Source: Deltaproteobacteria bacterium (lineage in GTDB: Bacteria; Desulfobacterota; Deferrimicrobia; J040). From it: a stretch of DNA of 64,000 nt. A program made the position numbers and the translations under genes. Positions 19,312-29,220 of the stretch are shown here, piece by piece (the stretch's first letter is position 1; every line of letters starts with the position of its first letter). The notes under the pieces were generated by a model. The model did not search any database. It was not told the origin of the DNA and was given only the letters and a program-made list of their open reading frames with translations. The stretch spans positions 67,263 through 131,262 of the forward strand of contig WVXK01000023.1 in NCBI GenBank assembly GCA_011773515.1, in the 5' to 3' direction.

Positions 19312-19758
19312 TCAGTCGACGGCTATGTGAAACATTGGATGGCCAAACTCAACGGCTTCCCCATTCTCCACAAGAATTGCCACCACCCTCCCCGTCGCGT
19401 CGGACTCGATCTGATTCATAATCTTCATGGCCTCTATGATACACAGGACCTGCCCCCTCGTTACGATCGAACCCACCTCAACAAAAGGAGCCGCATCCGG
19501 TGCCGGTGCACGGTAAAAAGTGCCTACCATGGGAGAAACTATTTCCTTTATATTTTCTGCGACCTTCGGTATCTCCTTTTTCTCCGGCGCTGTGGCTTCC
19601 CGAGGAGCCTGAACGACCGTTTCTGCCGGAATCTGTTGAGAGGGGGCAGCACTCCTCCTGCTCAACCTCACCGAGCTCTGCCCTTTTTTATACTCGAGCT
19701 CAACGATATCGGAACCCTTGATTAAATTGATAAGATCCTTGATTTCTTTCAGATTCAT
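19312..19758 (-). CDS. accB: Acetyl-CoA carboxylase biotin carboxyl carrier protein
   Basis: Biotinyl-lysine motif ..[15 protein letters not shown].., a Pro/Ala linker; 148 aa. Confidence 0.95.
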   Translation of the reverse strand: MNLKEIKDLINLIKGSDIVELEYKKGQSSVRLSRRSAAPSQQIPAETVVQAPREATAPEKKEIPKVAENIKEIVSPMVGTFYRAPAPDAAPFVEVGSIVTRGQVLCIIEAMKIMNQIESDATGRVVAILVENGEAVEFGHPMFHIAVD

Positions 19759-19771
19759 ATTTCCCTCGCAT

Positions 19772-20329
19772 TTATACTCTTTCTATGTATTCACCCGTTC
19801 TCGTATCAACCTTTATGACGTCCCCCTCATTCAGAAAAAGGGGCACCTGAATAACCGTCCCCGATTCAAGCTCTGCAGGTTTCGTCCCGCCTGATACCGT
19901 GTCTCCCTTCAAACCCGGGGCAGTCTTTTCTATTTTCAACTCAACGAAAATGGGGACCTCGACTCCTATCGGATCTCCCCTGTAAAATTGTATCTTCAGG
20001 AGCATTCCTTCCTTCAAAAATTTCCGGGCATCACCAACGTGGTCGCCGTTGAGAAATATCTGCTCGTAACTGGAAGTATCCATGAAATAATAGTCTTCCT
20101 CCATCTCGTACATAAACTGCATTTCCTTCTCTACCAGGTCCGGGACGCCAACCTTTTCACCGGAGCGGAACGTATGGTCCACCACGGCTCCGGTCCTCAA
20201 GTTTTTCAGCTTTGTCCTGACAAAGGCCCCCCCCTTTCCCGGCTTGACATGGAGGAACTCGAGAATCACACAGGGGTAGCCCTCAAACTCTATCTTGAGC
20301 CCTCTTCGAAAATCTGACGTCGAGTACAC
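19772..20329 (-). CDS. efp: Elongation factor P
   Basis: 185 aa; [19 protein letters not shown] loop around the conserved modified Lys. Confidence 0.95.
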   Translation of the reverse strand: MYSTSDFRRGLKIEFEGYPCVILEFLHVKPGKGGAFVRTKLKNLRTGAVVDHTFRSGEKVGVPDLVEKEMQFMYEMEEDYYFMDTSSYEQIFLNGDHVGDARKFLKEGMLLKIQFYRGDPIGVEVPIFVELKIEKTAPGLKGDTVSGGTKPAELESGTVIQVPLFLNEGDVIKVDTRTGEYIERV

Positions 20330-20343
20330 GTTAAGAGCCCTCG

Positions 20344-21417
20344 TTAAGCGAATAAGTCTCTGCCATTCTTTGGCAGGTAAGATATTTTTTCAAAACCGTT
20401 CTCGGTGATTTTAACAAGGTCTTCCAATCTTACACCACCTTTTCCAGGAATGTAAATACCCGGTTCTATTGTAATAACCATTCCAGGTTTCAACACATCC
20501 TTTGAGTAACGGGAAATGTGCGGCGGCTCGTGTATTTCCATTCCCACCCCATGACCTGTCGAGTGGACGAAGTGCCTTCCATATCCGCTGCTGTCGATAA
20601 AGCTCCTCACCGTCAGATCGATATCCCTGCATTTGACGCCCGGTGCCAACTGTTTAAAGGCTTCCTCTTTAGCGCGCCCGACAACAGTCATCACCCTCCG
20701 AAGTTCCCTGTCAACCTTCTTATCTTTTCTCAATAGGGTTACTGTCTCGTCCGAGCAATATCCTTGAAATCTGCACCCGTAATCGAACAGCATAATCTGC
20801 GCCCCATCAAGCTTCGACGCATCGGGCGTTGCATGCGGCATGGCGGATTTATCGCCGAACGCTACAATCGGGGGAAAAGATGAACCCTCGGCTCCCCGCT
20901 TCTTCATTTCAAATTCGATTGTTGCGGCCAGGGTATTTTCTGTTGTTTCGCTGTTCAAATATCTAAGGGATGTCAAAAAAGCCGTCGACGAGATTATTAC
21001 CGCCTGTTCGATGATATCAATCTCCCGCTGCTCCTTGATCATTCTCATCCGCACAAGAGGAGAGACTGTCGGCTGCAAGCGGTAACCCCACTTTTGGATG
21101 AGATTGTACATGCTGTAGGAAAGCCTTTCCCTGTCGAAATAGACATCCTTCCCCTTTTTTAATACCTTCCTTATGAAGTCCCTCTTCCTTTCGTAAATAA
21201 CCTTCCCATCAGCAACCACCTCCGAACCCGCCTGAAGCGCATACCTGCCGTCGGTGCCAAAATGTACACCCTCTCCTGAACACAGAAGGATTGCATCGGT
21301 CCCTGAAAAACCGGTAAGGTACCGAATGTCAGTCAGAGATGTGATCAGGAAGGGGATTTTCTTTCCCCTTTTCAACTTTTTGATCAGTTGCACCTGTCTG
21401 CTTTTATAATCGAACAC
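20344..21417 (-). CDS. Xaa-Pro aminopeptidase/dipeptidase (M24 family)
   Basis: 357 aa with a creatinase-like N-terminal domain and a pita-bread core holding metal ligands ..HSTGHGVGMEIHE..; it follows efp, as in many genomes. Confidence 0.85.
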   Translation of the reverse strand: MFDYKSRQVQLIKKLKRGKKIPFLITSLTDIRYLTGFSGTDAILLCSGEGVHFGTDGRYALQAGSEVVADGKVIYERKRDFIRKVLKKGKDVYFDRERLSYSMYNLIQKWGYRLQPTVSPLVRMRMIKEQREIDIIEQAVIISSTAFLTSLRYLNSETTENTLAATIEFEMKKRGAEGSSFPPIVAFGDKSAMPHATPDASKLDGAQIMLFDYGCRFQGYCSDETVTLLRKDKKVDRELRRVMTVVGRAKEEAFKQLAPGVKCRDIDLTVRSFIDSSGYGRHFVHSTGHGVGMEIHEPPHISRYSKDVLKPGMVITIEPGIYIPGKGGVRLEDLVKITENGFEKISYLPKNGRDLFA

Positions 21418-21418
21418 G

Positions 21419-21856
21419 TTACGTCCCTTTTATGGCATTCATCAGTGCAAGAGCCCCGAGATAGTATGAGTACCACCCGAAACCACAGATTTTGCCTCTC
21501 ACCACATCCTCGATCATCGAAGCTTTTCTAAATTCTTCCCGAGCGTAAACATTCGAGATATGGACCTCAACCGCTAAAACCCCCGTTGCAATGAGTGCAT
21601 CCCTTATGGCCACGCTCGTGTGGGTGTACGCTCCGGGATTGATAACTATTCCATCAGCAATGTCCTGAGCAGACTGAATCTTATCGACAATGTCCCCTTC
21701 GTGGTTGGACTGAAAAAACTCAATCTCAACGCCCTGCTTTGTCAGGAGACCGGTTACCTTTTGCATCATATTCTCATAGGATGTCTCTCCATAAACCTCT
21801 ACTTCCCTCGTACCCGTGAGGTTAATATTCGGCCCACTGATGAACAATATTTTCAT
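21419..21856 (-). CDS. aroQ: Type II 3-dehydroquinate dehydratase
   Basis: MKILFISGPNINLTGTREVEVYG..HEGDIVDKIQ..INPGAYTHTSVAIRDAL; 145 aa. Confidence 0.95.
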   Translation of the reverse strand: MKILFISGPNINLTGTREVEVYGETSYENMMQKVTGLLTKQGVEIEFFQSNHEGDIVDKIQSAQDIADGIVINPGAYTHTSVAIRDALIATGVLAVEVHISNVYAREEFRKASMIEDVVRGKICGFGWYSYYLGALALMNAIKGT

Positions 21857-21888
21857 TGAATCCTCCCTGTATGGAGAGCAGCGCGTTG

Positions 21889-22248
21889 TCAGAGTGTTTC
21901 TCGAAGCGCGGGCGCGACAGATTTGAGATAAAACCTTGTCTTCCCCGTCAAGGAAACTTCGGACGTGACGACGAAGAGAAAATATTCATTCTCTATGACA
22001 AGAACGTGCACGTAATAATCGCTTCCCCCGAAACAGAGTTCTTCGACGCTCGAAAGGGAATTTTCAACAGATATTCTTGACAGCTCCTTCAGGAGAAAAG
22101 CAATCTCTGCTGCAATCGCAGAAAGGTCCAGATTCATCCGTCCGTTTTTCCATTCCTCTATAATCAGCCCGTCAAACGCGCTCACGGCGATTAATTGAAC
22201 CCTTTTTTCCCCTTCAGCTATCCTGCTTACAATGTCATGAAAAATCAT
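21889..22248 (-). CDS. Roadblock/LC7 (MglB-like) domain protein
   Basis: 119 aa; ..VQLIAVSAFDGLIIEEW..AAEIAFLLKEL..YVHVLVIENEYFLFVVTSEVSLTGKTRFYL.. fits the alpha-beta-alpha Roadblock pattern. No GTPase gene is adjacent. Confidence 0.5.
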   Translation of the reverse strand: MIFHDIVSRIAEGEKRVQLIAVSAFDGLIIEEWKNGRMNLDLSAIAAEIAFLLKELSRISVENSLSSVEELCFGGSDYYVHVLVIENEYFLFVVTSEVSLTGKTRFYLKSVAPALRETL

Positions 22249-24068
22249 CTGTATGCCTCCACAATTTTTTGGAGAAAACCATTGAGAGCCTCAGCATATC
22301 TATTCAGCATCCCCTCCTTTTTGTGAAGAGAATCGATTTTATCCCTCAAACGGATTGCACCTTCGTTTCCGGGGTCATCTTTTAAAATTTTCTCGAGAAC
22401 CTCGAGCGATTTATCCCTCTTTCCTTCCCTCAGCAGTACTTCCGCCATTGCGGTCGTGTAAACCGGAACTTCATCCTCAGCAACTTCCTCGGGGGCGGGG
22501 AGAGCCTCTTCCCTCACCTCTAAAGCAGGCTCCTCGGCGACGACATATGGTTCTCCGAGCTCTTCCTCTCCCTCGCCCTCACCATATTCATCATCCTCGA
22601 TACCCTCTATCTTATAGACATCCTCCCCTATCTTGACAATCGTCTCGGAAGGGATTGTCTCCACCTCGCCGCCCACTCCCTCAGGTTGCATCCGATCCTC
22701 GATCGCCTCATATTCCCTTCGCATTGCTATTGCTTCTTTATTCCCGGGATTGAGTTGGATAATCTCATCCAGGATCCTCAGGGCCGCCACATTTTTTCCC
22801 TGCCTCGAATACAACCTCGCCAGGGTAAGGTTCAACTTCTCATCTGTTGGGTCCCTGTCAAGAAGCCTCTTTACAAGATTTTCGGCATCGTTGAATCTTC
22901 CGCTTGACTCGAGAACGTCCAGATCCTCATATATTTCTCCCTCTACCTTGCTTCTCACCTTTGCCTCCATGAAGCTTTGGAGGAAATTCAGGGACTCGAC
23001 AGCATACTTCTCGTAATCCTTCAGTTGAAACGTGCGGATTTCAGACCTTCCTATATCGGTCAATACGGGAACATCCAACGTATCGAGCGCCCTCTTCTTG
23101 TCTCTCATGAACAGGGCAAACACGTTTGAATAATCGACATTCTCGGGAAGTATCTCGTACCTGAGATTCTCCAGCACACCTATCACGATATTGCGTATCT
23201 CCTCTGCACAGGCCCCCACGGTCAGGCTGATCTGAGCTTCAATCGCCATGCCGGCAGCAACAGCCTCGCCGTGGAGCAGTCGCGTGTAGGACGTGGCCTC
23301 CTCGATGCCGTGGCCGATGGTGTGCCCGAAATTAAGCACTTTTCTCTGCCATGACTCCTTTTCATCTGCCTCGACGACGGCAATTTTATATTGAATGCTC
23401 CGCGATATGACATCCATCAAAAGCGGTGTATGTGAACGGATATCTTCGAGCTTTTTTCCCCTGAGCAATCTGATGATTTCACCGTCCCCGATGAAACCCA
23501 CTTTCAAAACTTCAGCCAGTCCCGCCAGAAAATTTCTGTCGTCGAGAGTCGACAGGTACTTGATGTCGATAAAAACCGCCCGGGGTTGGAAAAATGACCC
23601 GATGACATTCTTGGCGTCCTTGAAATTTATGCCCGTTTTCCCGCCAACACTGCTGTCGACCTGGGCAAGAAGTGTCGTGGGTATCTGGATATAATCTACA
23701 CCTCTCATAAAGGTGGCGGCACAGAAGCCGACAATGTCCCCTGTCACCCCTCCACCGAAAGACACGATCAGCGACCTCCTGTCGCACTCTTTATCGAGAA
23801 GAAACTCGTATACAGCACGGGCATTATCGTGGTTTTTCCTCTCTTCTGAGGCCTCGAGGGGGAAAATGTGGCAGTCGATATTCTTGAAGATCTGTTCCAC
23901 ATCATCTTTATAGATCTCGTAAAAGGCGGCGTCGATTATCAGGAACGCTTTCTTGTTCGCATAAACCCGTAACATCCACTCTTCGATAAATTTTCCGAGG
24001 TCGTTCCCTGTGAAGATGTCGTAGGATTTTTCTCCCAGCTCTACATTTATCGTTCTTTCAACGGTCAA
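22245..24068 (-). CDS. aroB: 3-dehydroquinate synthase fused to a C-terminal TPR/acidic extension
   Basis: N-terminal ~360 aa are canonical AroB (..GGGVTGDIVGFCAATFMRGVDYIQIPTTLLAQVDSSVGGKTGIN..HTIGHGIEE..HGEAVAAGM..). The following ~250 aa carry TPR-like repeats and a poly-acidic linker (EDDEYGEGEGEEELGEP..). Confidence 0.85.
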   Translation of the reverse strand: MTVERTINVELGEKSYDIFTGNDLGKFIEEWMLRVYANKKAFLIIDAAFYEIYKDDVEQIFKNIDCHIFPLEASEERKNHDNARAVYEFLLDKECDRRSLIVSFGGGVTGDIVGFCAATFMRGVDYIQIPTTLLAQVDSSVGGKTGINFKDAKNVIGSFFQPRAVFIDIKYLSTLDDRNFLAGLAEVLKVGFIGDGEIIRLLRGKKLEDIRSHTPLLMDVISRSIQYKIAVVEADEKESWQRKVLNFGHTIGHGIEEATSYTRLLHGEAVAAGMAIEAQISLTVGACAEEIRNIVIGVLENLRYEILPENVDYSNVFALFMRDKKRALDTLDVPVLTDIGRSEIRTFQLKDYEKYAVESLNFLQSFMEAKVRSKVEGEIYEDLDVLESSGRFNDAENLVKRLLDRDPTDEKLNLTLARLYSRQGKNVAALRILDEIIQLNPGNKEAIAMRREYEAIEDRMQPEGVGGEVETIPSETIVKIGEDVYKIEGIEDDEYGEGEGEEELGEPYVVAEEPALEVREEALPAPEEVAEDEVPVYTTAMAEVLLREGKRDKSLEVLEKILKDDPGNEGAIRLRDKIDSLHKKEGMLNRYAEALNGFLQKIVEAYR

Positions 24069-24585
24069 CAGCTGCCCTCCAGTGAGAGGCGATCTCCTCT
24101 GATATCTCCTCTATGCTTTTGCCATCAGTCTGAACTGATATGTCTGCAGATAGATAGTAAGCTTTCCTCTTCTCCAGCAACTCCGAAATCTTGGCCAGTT
24201 TGTTCTCGCCCTTCACGAGAGGGCGGTCTTCGCAGGTTTCGATCCTCTCCTGCACCTCGGCTGGGCTTGCCCATAAACAGATTACCATACCGTATGATTT
24301 CATCAACTTCAGGTTTTGAGGATCGAGAATCGTTCCTCCGCCGGTTGAAACGACTCTGCCGGGGACTTTCAGGACCTTTCCAAGCATTCTGCTCTCCATA
24401 TCCCTGAAGGCGGGCTCCCCCATTTTCGAAAAAATATGGACGATCTTCATACCCGCCTCTTTTTCTATCTCCCCATCCAAGTCCACGAATTCCATCTTCA
24501 GCTTTCGTGACACCGACCTTCCCACAGACGTCTTCCCCGTCCCCATGAAACCTGTGATGACAAGACCCCTTAACTTTTCTCGCAT
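24058..24585 (-). CDS. aroK: Shikimate kinase
   Basis: Walker A GFMGTGKTSVGR; 175 aa; overlaps aroB and aroC. Confidence 0.95.
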   Translation of the reverse strand: MREKLRGLVITGFMGTGKTSVGRSVSRKLKMEFVDLDGEIEKEAGMKIVHIFSKMGEPAFRDMESRMLGKVLKVPGRVVSTGGGTILDPQNLKLMKSYGMVICLWASPAEVQERIETCEDRPLVKGENKLAKISELLEKRKAYYLSADISVQTDGKSIEEISEEIASHWRAAVDR

Positions 24586-25766
24586 ATCCTTCCAAGGTAC
24601 GACTCATACCCTTTTATGGTGTCTTCGAGAAAGTCTCCCCCAAATTTTCCCAGCAGGCTCCCGGCGAGGACCAGGGCAACCATCGACTCGCCGATCACTG
24701 AAGCAGCGGGCACTGCGCAGATATCACTCCTTTCCTTTACCGCGGCAGTCTGGGAATAATCCCGAATTGAAACTGATTCCAGAGGAACGGTGAGAGTGGG
24801 TATCGGTTTCATGTAACAGCGAAGGATGAGGTCTTCCCCGTTGGTCATCCCCCCTTCCAGCCCGCCTGCATTGTTTGTCTTTCTCATAAATGGCAGCCTG
24901 TATCTCTCAAAAAACAGATGTTTTCCCGGTTTGGCAAATATCCTGTCATGTACGCGTCCTCCTCCTCTTCGCGAAGATTCGAAGGCATCTCCTATTTCTA
25001 TCCCTTTTATTGCCGGTATCGACATGAGAGCCATGGCGAGCTTTCCGTCCAGACGCCTGTCCCATTGCGTATAGTCTCCAAGTCCGGGGGGTATTCCAAA
25101 TCCCAGGACCTCAAAGGTACCACCGACGCTGTCTCCTCGTTTCGCCGATCCACGAATGAGTTCCATCGCCTCTTGGGACTTTTTTGAATCGATCATCCTC
25201 AAGGGATCTCTATCCGGCTCTTTTTCCAGCAAGCCCTCCCTGAAAACCCTCCTCCGAGACCTGACCGTCCCCACAGATGTGACGTAGCTCATTACCCATA
25301 TATCGAACTGAGCCAGGAGCAATTTTGCCAGCGCGCCTGCAGCAACCCTTGCCACTGTCTCTCTGGCCGATGCCCTCTCAAGAACGTCCCTGACATCTTT
25401 TGCTCCTCTCTTCAAAACTCCCGGGAGGTCGGCATGGCCGGGCCGGGGATTGATCACTATGTCTTTGTCACCCGGACCTTTCCCGAAAGGCGCCATGATC
25501 CTTTTCCAGTTCTTGAAGTCCTTGTTCTTTACGTGAATGCAAATGGGTGATCCCAGGGTCATTCCGAACCTGACTCCCGAGGTAAATTCGGCAGTGTCAG
25601 CTTCGATACCCATCCTGCCCCCTCTGCCATAACCGGACATTCTCCTTTTGAGTTCCCTGTCCACAAACTTTCTCTCAACCGGAACCCCGCTGGGGAATCC
25701 CTCGACGATTACCGTTACCCCCTTGCCATGGGACTCGCCGGCTGTGAGGAATCTCACCATGGACAC
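24570..25766 (-). CDS. aroC: Chorismate synthase
   Basis: ..RFLTAGESHGKGVTVIVEGFPSG..; 398 aa. The true start may be the ATG at 25760 (GAGGGAG lies 5 nt upstream) rather than the GTG at 25766. Confidence 0.95.
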   Translation of the reverse strand: MSMVRFLTAGESHGKGVTVIVEGFPSGVPVERKFVDRELKRRMSGYGRGGRMGIEADTAEFTSGVRFGMTLGSPICIHVKNKDFKNWKRIMAPFGKGPGDKDIVINPRPGHADLPGVLKRGAKDVRDVLERASARETVARVAAGALAKLLLAQFDIWVMSYVTSVGTVRSRRRVFREGLLEKEPDRDPLRMIDSKKSQEAMELIRGSAKRGDSVGGTFEVLGFGIPPGLGDYTQWDRRLDGKLAMALMSIPAIKGIEIGDAFESSRRGGGRVHDRIFAKPGKHLFFERYRLPFMRKTNNAGGLEGGMTNGEDLILRCYMKPIPTLTVPLESVSIRDYSQTAAVKERSDICAVPAASVIGESMVALVLAGSLLGKFGGDFLEDTIKGYESYLGRICEKS

Positions 25767-25786
25767 TCCCTCAAAAGCTCATGAAT

Positions 25787-25822
25787 AAAAAAAAGCACCT
25801 GGAACGAGCACCAGGTGCTTTT
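25787..25822 (-). terminator. Rho-independent terminator between pilQ and aroC (9-bp GC-rich stem, T8 tract on minus strand; A8-stem-T4 makes it bidirectional)
   Basis: Plus strand: A8 (25787-25794), GCACCTGG (25795-25802), loop AACGAGCA, CCAGGTGC (25811-25818), TTTT. Confidence 0.6.
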
Positions 25823-25841
25823 CGTGAAAAAGACAAAAGAA

Positions 25842-28049
25842 TCAGATCTCCTGACTGTTCTCAATGATCTTTGGTGTGATAAATATCAGAAGCTCCGTAT
25901 TATCGTTTCTCTCCGTCTCCTTTTTAAAGAACCAGCCCAGGAGGGGAATCTTGTGAAACCATGGGACGGCATCAATACTTTCGGTCCTTTGAATCTGCAG
26001 GATGCCGCCTATGACAGCGGTCTCCCCGTCTTGTATCAGCACCTGTGTGTCTGCCTCGCGGCTCGATATTGATGGCACCCCGTTTACGGCGTTCCCGAAA
26101 TCTGGGGTATCGTTTGCCGCATTGAGTTCCATAACGATCGTCTTGTCAGGCGTGATATGCGGTGTGACTTTGAGTTTCAGCGCCGCGTCGACAAATTCCG
26201 TCTGTGTACCCGAAGCGGAAACGGTTGAGTAGGGTATTTTTACTCCTTGCTGTATTATGGCCTCGTTATTTGTTGTCGTCACTATCTTGGGGCTTGAAAT
26301 GATCTTGCCGTTCCCCGTTGTCTCGAGAGCAGAGAGGGAAAGGTCGAGCCTGAAATCGCCCCGCAATATGCCGAAGGCTATACCCCCACCAGAGCCCTGG
26401 CCCACCGCTGCCGGAAGGTTGACCGCATAAGTGGGGAAATTGGGGTTCGGTGTCTGGGCGTCAGGGAACAGCGTCCCCGTATCATCCTGAATGCCGGAAA
26501 CAAAGATCCCGTCAGGCTGGCTCTGGTATGCGGCGCCCCACTGAACGCCCAGCTCTCTGGTAAACTGGGTGCTTACCTCGACTATTCTTGCCTCTATGAG
26601 AACCTGGGGTGTGGGTGTGTCGAGCTTTTTAACCAGATCTCTTACCTTCTCAATGTTTTTGGGTATGTCCTTTATGACCAGGGTGTTGGTCCGCTCATCA
26701 ACCTTTGCCTTTCCTCGCGCGGACATAACTTCCTTGATCTGATCTTCGAGTTCTTTCACGTTAGCGAAGTTTACCGGGATCGTTTCGATGACCAGTTCCT
26801 CGAGTTCCTCCTTATTCTTGATGCTCTGAAGAACCTCCTTTTCCTCTTCCCTCAATTTGCTGATCGGGGCAATTCTCAGAACATTCCCTTCGAGCTTCGC
26901 GCCGAGGCCTTTGGTTTTCAGAACGATATCCAAAACCTGGTCCCAGGGAATATTGACCAGCCGCAGCGTAACCTTCCCTTTGACCTCGTCGGAGGTAATG
27001 ATATTCAGGTTGCTCACCTCGGCTATGATCCTCAGCACGTTATGAATATCAGCATCTTTGAAGTCGAGGGAAATCCTCTGCCCCCTGTAGACTTTCTGCT
27101 CCATGCTATCGATAGTCACGAAGGGGGCAACTTCTCCAACAACGGGGCTGGAGGGAGCCGCCCGTGCCTCCATTTCACTCTTTTTGACGGCCCTGTACTC
27201 GGCCACTCTGTACCCTTTTTTCTCGACCTTTTTCTCCTTGGCGAAAGAAAGTACGAGCCTCTCATCCCCCTCGTTTACATCGTATTGATGTCCCCTCTCG
27301 TATGCGACCTTGACTGACACATCATCCCCATCCCTGTTTGCATCAACCATTTTTACGGGAATGTCGAATTTGGTCGCATCGAGATGGCGGAGAAGGTTTT
27401 CGGCGATTTTGACCTTCTTTACGGTAACGATTGCGAGCCCATCAGATCCTTTCTTCTCTATGACAGGTTTTTTCGAGTAGCTAATCACCACGTTTGACTT
27501 TTCTGGAAAATCTTCGAGATCTATCCCCGTAATTTCAGGAACGGCGGGAGATGGCTCCACTCCCCTATCAAGACTGGTAACCTTTTCCTCTGCGCCACCC
27601 CCCACTGAAACGACGATATCCCCGTTTTCGGTGGTGACGAGAAACGGAAGGGGAAGGTCTTTGGCCGTTTCGATCATTAATCTCACTTTATCTTCCTGCT
27701 CCGCGATCTTGATACCTTGCACTTGCGGTGTGTTGACAGCAATCTGTTCCTTCCCGATAAGGTTCTTTACGCCCCACAAATCCAGTATTATGCGAAAGGG
27801 ATCAGAAATCTTGAAAGCATTGTAATTTTTCAATTCCCCCTGTATACTTGCCCGAATATTGGTGAAATAAGCGGTCTTGTCGATCATTATCTCCTTGAGC
27901 AGTGTCGTCTCCGCCTTTTCCTGCATATCTTTACCACCCGCGTCGTCAGCCGCATAAACCTTCACTCCCAGGAACACAAGGAGTGTTAAAAGGACGATGA
28001 GCAGTAAAGCTTTCTTGACCAGGTCTTTCATCAAGTTCTTATGATCCAT
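25842..28049 (-). CDS. pilQ: Type IV pilus secretin PilQ
   Basis: 735 aa with a signal peptide, AMIN-like N-terminal repeats, N0/N1 and a C-terminal secretin domain (..VPWFHKIPLLGWFFK..TELLIFITPKII). Confidence 0.9.
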   Translation of the reverse strand: MDHKNLMKDLVKKALLLIVLLTLLVFLGVKVYAADDAGGKDMQEKAETTLLKEIMIDKTAYFTNIRASIQGELKNYNAFKISDPFRIILDLWGVKNLIGKEQIAVNTPQVQGIKIAEQEDKVRLMIETAKDLPLPFLVTTENGDIVVSVGGGAEEKVTSLDRGVEPSPAVPEITGIDLEDFPEKSNVVISYSKKPVIEKKGSDGLAIVTVKKVKIAENLLRHLDATKFDIPVKMVDANRDGDDVSVKVAYERGHQYDVNEGDERLVLSFAKEKKVEKKGYRVAEYRAVKKSEMEARAAPSSPVVGEVAPFVTIDSMEQKVYRGQRISLDFKDADIHNVLRIIAEVSNLNIITSDEVKGKVTLRLVNIPWDQVLDIVLKTKGLGAKLEGNVLRIAPISKLREEEKEVLQSIKNKEELEELVIETIPVNFANVKELEDQIKEVMSARGKAKVDERTNTLVIKDIPKNIEKVRDLVKKLDTPTPQVLIEARIVEVSTQFTRELGVQWGAAYQSQPDGIFVSGIQDDTGTLFPDAQTPNPNFPTYAVNLPAAVGQGSGGGIAFGILRGDFRLDLSLSALETTGNGKIISSPKIVTTTNNEAIIQQGVKIPYSTVSASGTQTEFVDAALKLKVTPHITPDKTIVMELNAANDTPDFGNAVNGVPSISSREADTQVLIQDGETAVIGGILQIQRTESIDAVPWFHKIPLLGWFFKKETERNDNTELLIFITPKIIENSQEI

Positions 28050-28051
28050 AC

Positions 28052-28621
28052 CTATTCTCCTCCTGGAAGTGGGAGCGTTAGTCTCTTTTCCCTCGTAACT
28101 TTCCTTCCCGTTATATCAAAGTATTCTTCGATAACGACAATTTCTTTGTCGGTAATCTGCGAAATAACACCGCCGTTTTTGCCTACCTTCACTCCCTTTT
28201 TCACCGTGTAACCCTTTCCCTCATTATCTTCGATGAGAGCCAGTGTCTCATTGCTTTTCATCAGAACCCCCACAATTTTCAGTTCTCCCAGGTCAAACTT
28301 CTCAAGAGGGGTAAGGGCTCCTTTCCTCTTTACCGCAACGGCCTCTTCCTTCAAAAAGGGCAAAAACGGGTCCTTCAGCCCCGTAGCGGTATAACCGGCA
28401 AATGTGTCTTCAACCGGCTCTTTTTCTGAAACAGGCTCCTCCGTTTTCGGCTCCTTAACTTGCTTCTGGACTTTCTTGACTACCCGGGAAACTTTCTGCG
28501 TCTTCCCCTGCTCCCCAGAACAGCCGGTGAAAGTCAGGGAAAAAGCTACGATCAACAGAATAAATACAAAGATCCCCGAACTTGCCATACGTTTACATTT
28601 CATCCGTGATAATCCTTTCAT
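28052..28621 (-). CDS. pilP: Type IV pilus assembly lipoprotein PilP
   Basis: 189 aa; lipobox FTGCSG; position between pilO and pilQ. Confidence 0.8.
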   Translation of the reverse strand: MKGLSRMKCKRMASSGIFVFILLIVAFSLTFTGCSGEQGKTQKVSRVVKKVQKQVKEPKTEEPVSEKEPVEDTFAGYTATGLKDPFLPFLKEEAVAVKRKGALTPLEKFDLGELKIVGVLMKSNETLALIEDNEGKGYTVKKGVKVGKNGGVISQITDKEIVVIEEYFDITGRKVTREKRLTLPLPGGE

Positions 28622-29205
28622 TTTTCAGGCTTTTTCTCCTTAAGGAATCTGAAAGTCCTCGCGGTGCAGTTGATCGTCATGACAGCTTTGTCCCTCGAGA
28701 TAACCGGCCTGTCAAAGAGCACGTCGGATACATTCACGATTCTCGACAGCCTGCTCACCCGGTCAAGGAACATCCCGAAATCGTGGAAACCTCCGTTGAC
28801 GGATATATCGACCGGTATTTCCGCATAAAACTCTCTCGGCACCTCCCCTTTCGGTGCGAATTTCAGGAAATCCAAGCCGCTTTCTTTTCCAACATCGGAT
28901 ATATTCCTCAAGAGCTTCGGTATTTCAGAAGAGTTCGGAAGCTGTTCGAGCAGCTCATTGAGCTGTACCTCCAGCTTTACCACCTCTTTTTTAAAGGTCT
29001 CGAGATCCTTGGCAATAATTCTCTGTTCCTTGATTTTTCCCTCAAGGGTCACTTTCTGCTGCTGGAGGGCATCTATTTGGGTTTTTACCGGCGTGTAGTA
29101 AAGGTAATAGTAGCCGACGAGAACTGCCACAACCACCAAACCGTAAAGCACCGCCTTCTGCTTTGTCCCTACGCCTTTCAAGGATAGCTTGTCTCTAAGC
29201 GCCAT
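28618..29205 (-). CDS. pilO: Type IV pilus assembly protein PilO
   Basis: 195 aa bitopic protein with an N-terminal TM and coiled coil, in conserved position. Confidence 0.8.
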   Translation of the reverse strand: MALRDKLSLKGVGTKQKAVLYGLVVVAVLVGYYYLYYTPVKTQIDALQQQKVTLEGKIKEQRIIAKDLETFKKEVVKLEVQLNELLEQLPNSSEIPKLLRNISDVGKESGLDFLKFAPKGEVPREFYAEIPVDISVNGGFHDFGMFLDRVSRLSRIVNVSDVLFDRPVISRDKAVMTINCTARTFRFLKEKKPEK

Positions 29206-29220
29206 AGTTCACCCTTGTAT

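Noticed and set aside
24125-24607. Minus-strand 160-aa ORF overlapping aroK
   Set aside because: Alternative frame of aroK. The aroK frame carries the Walker A motif GFMGTGKTSVGR.
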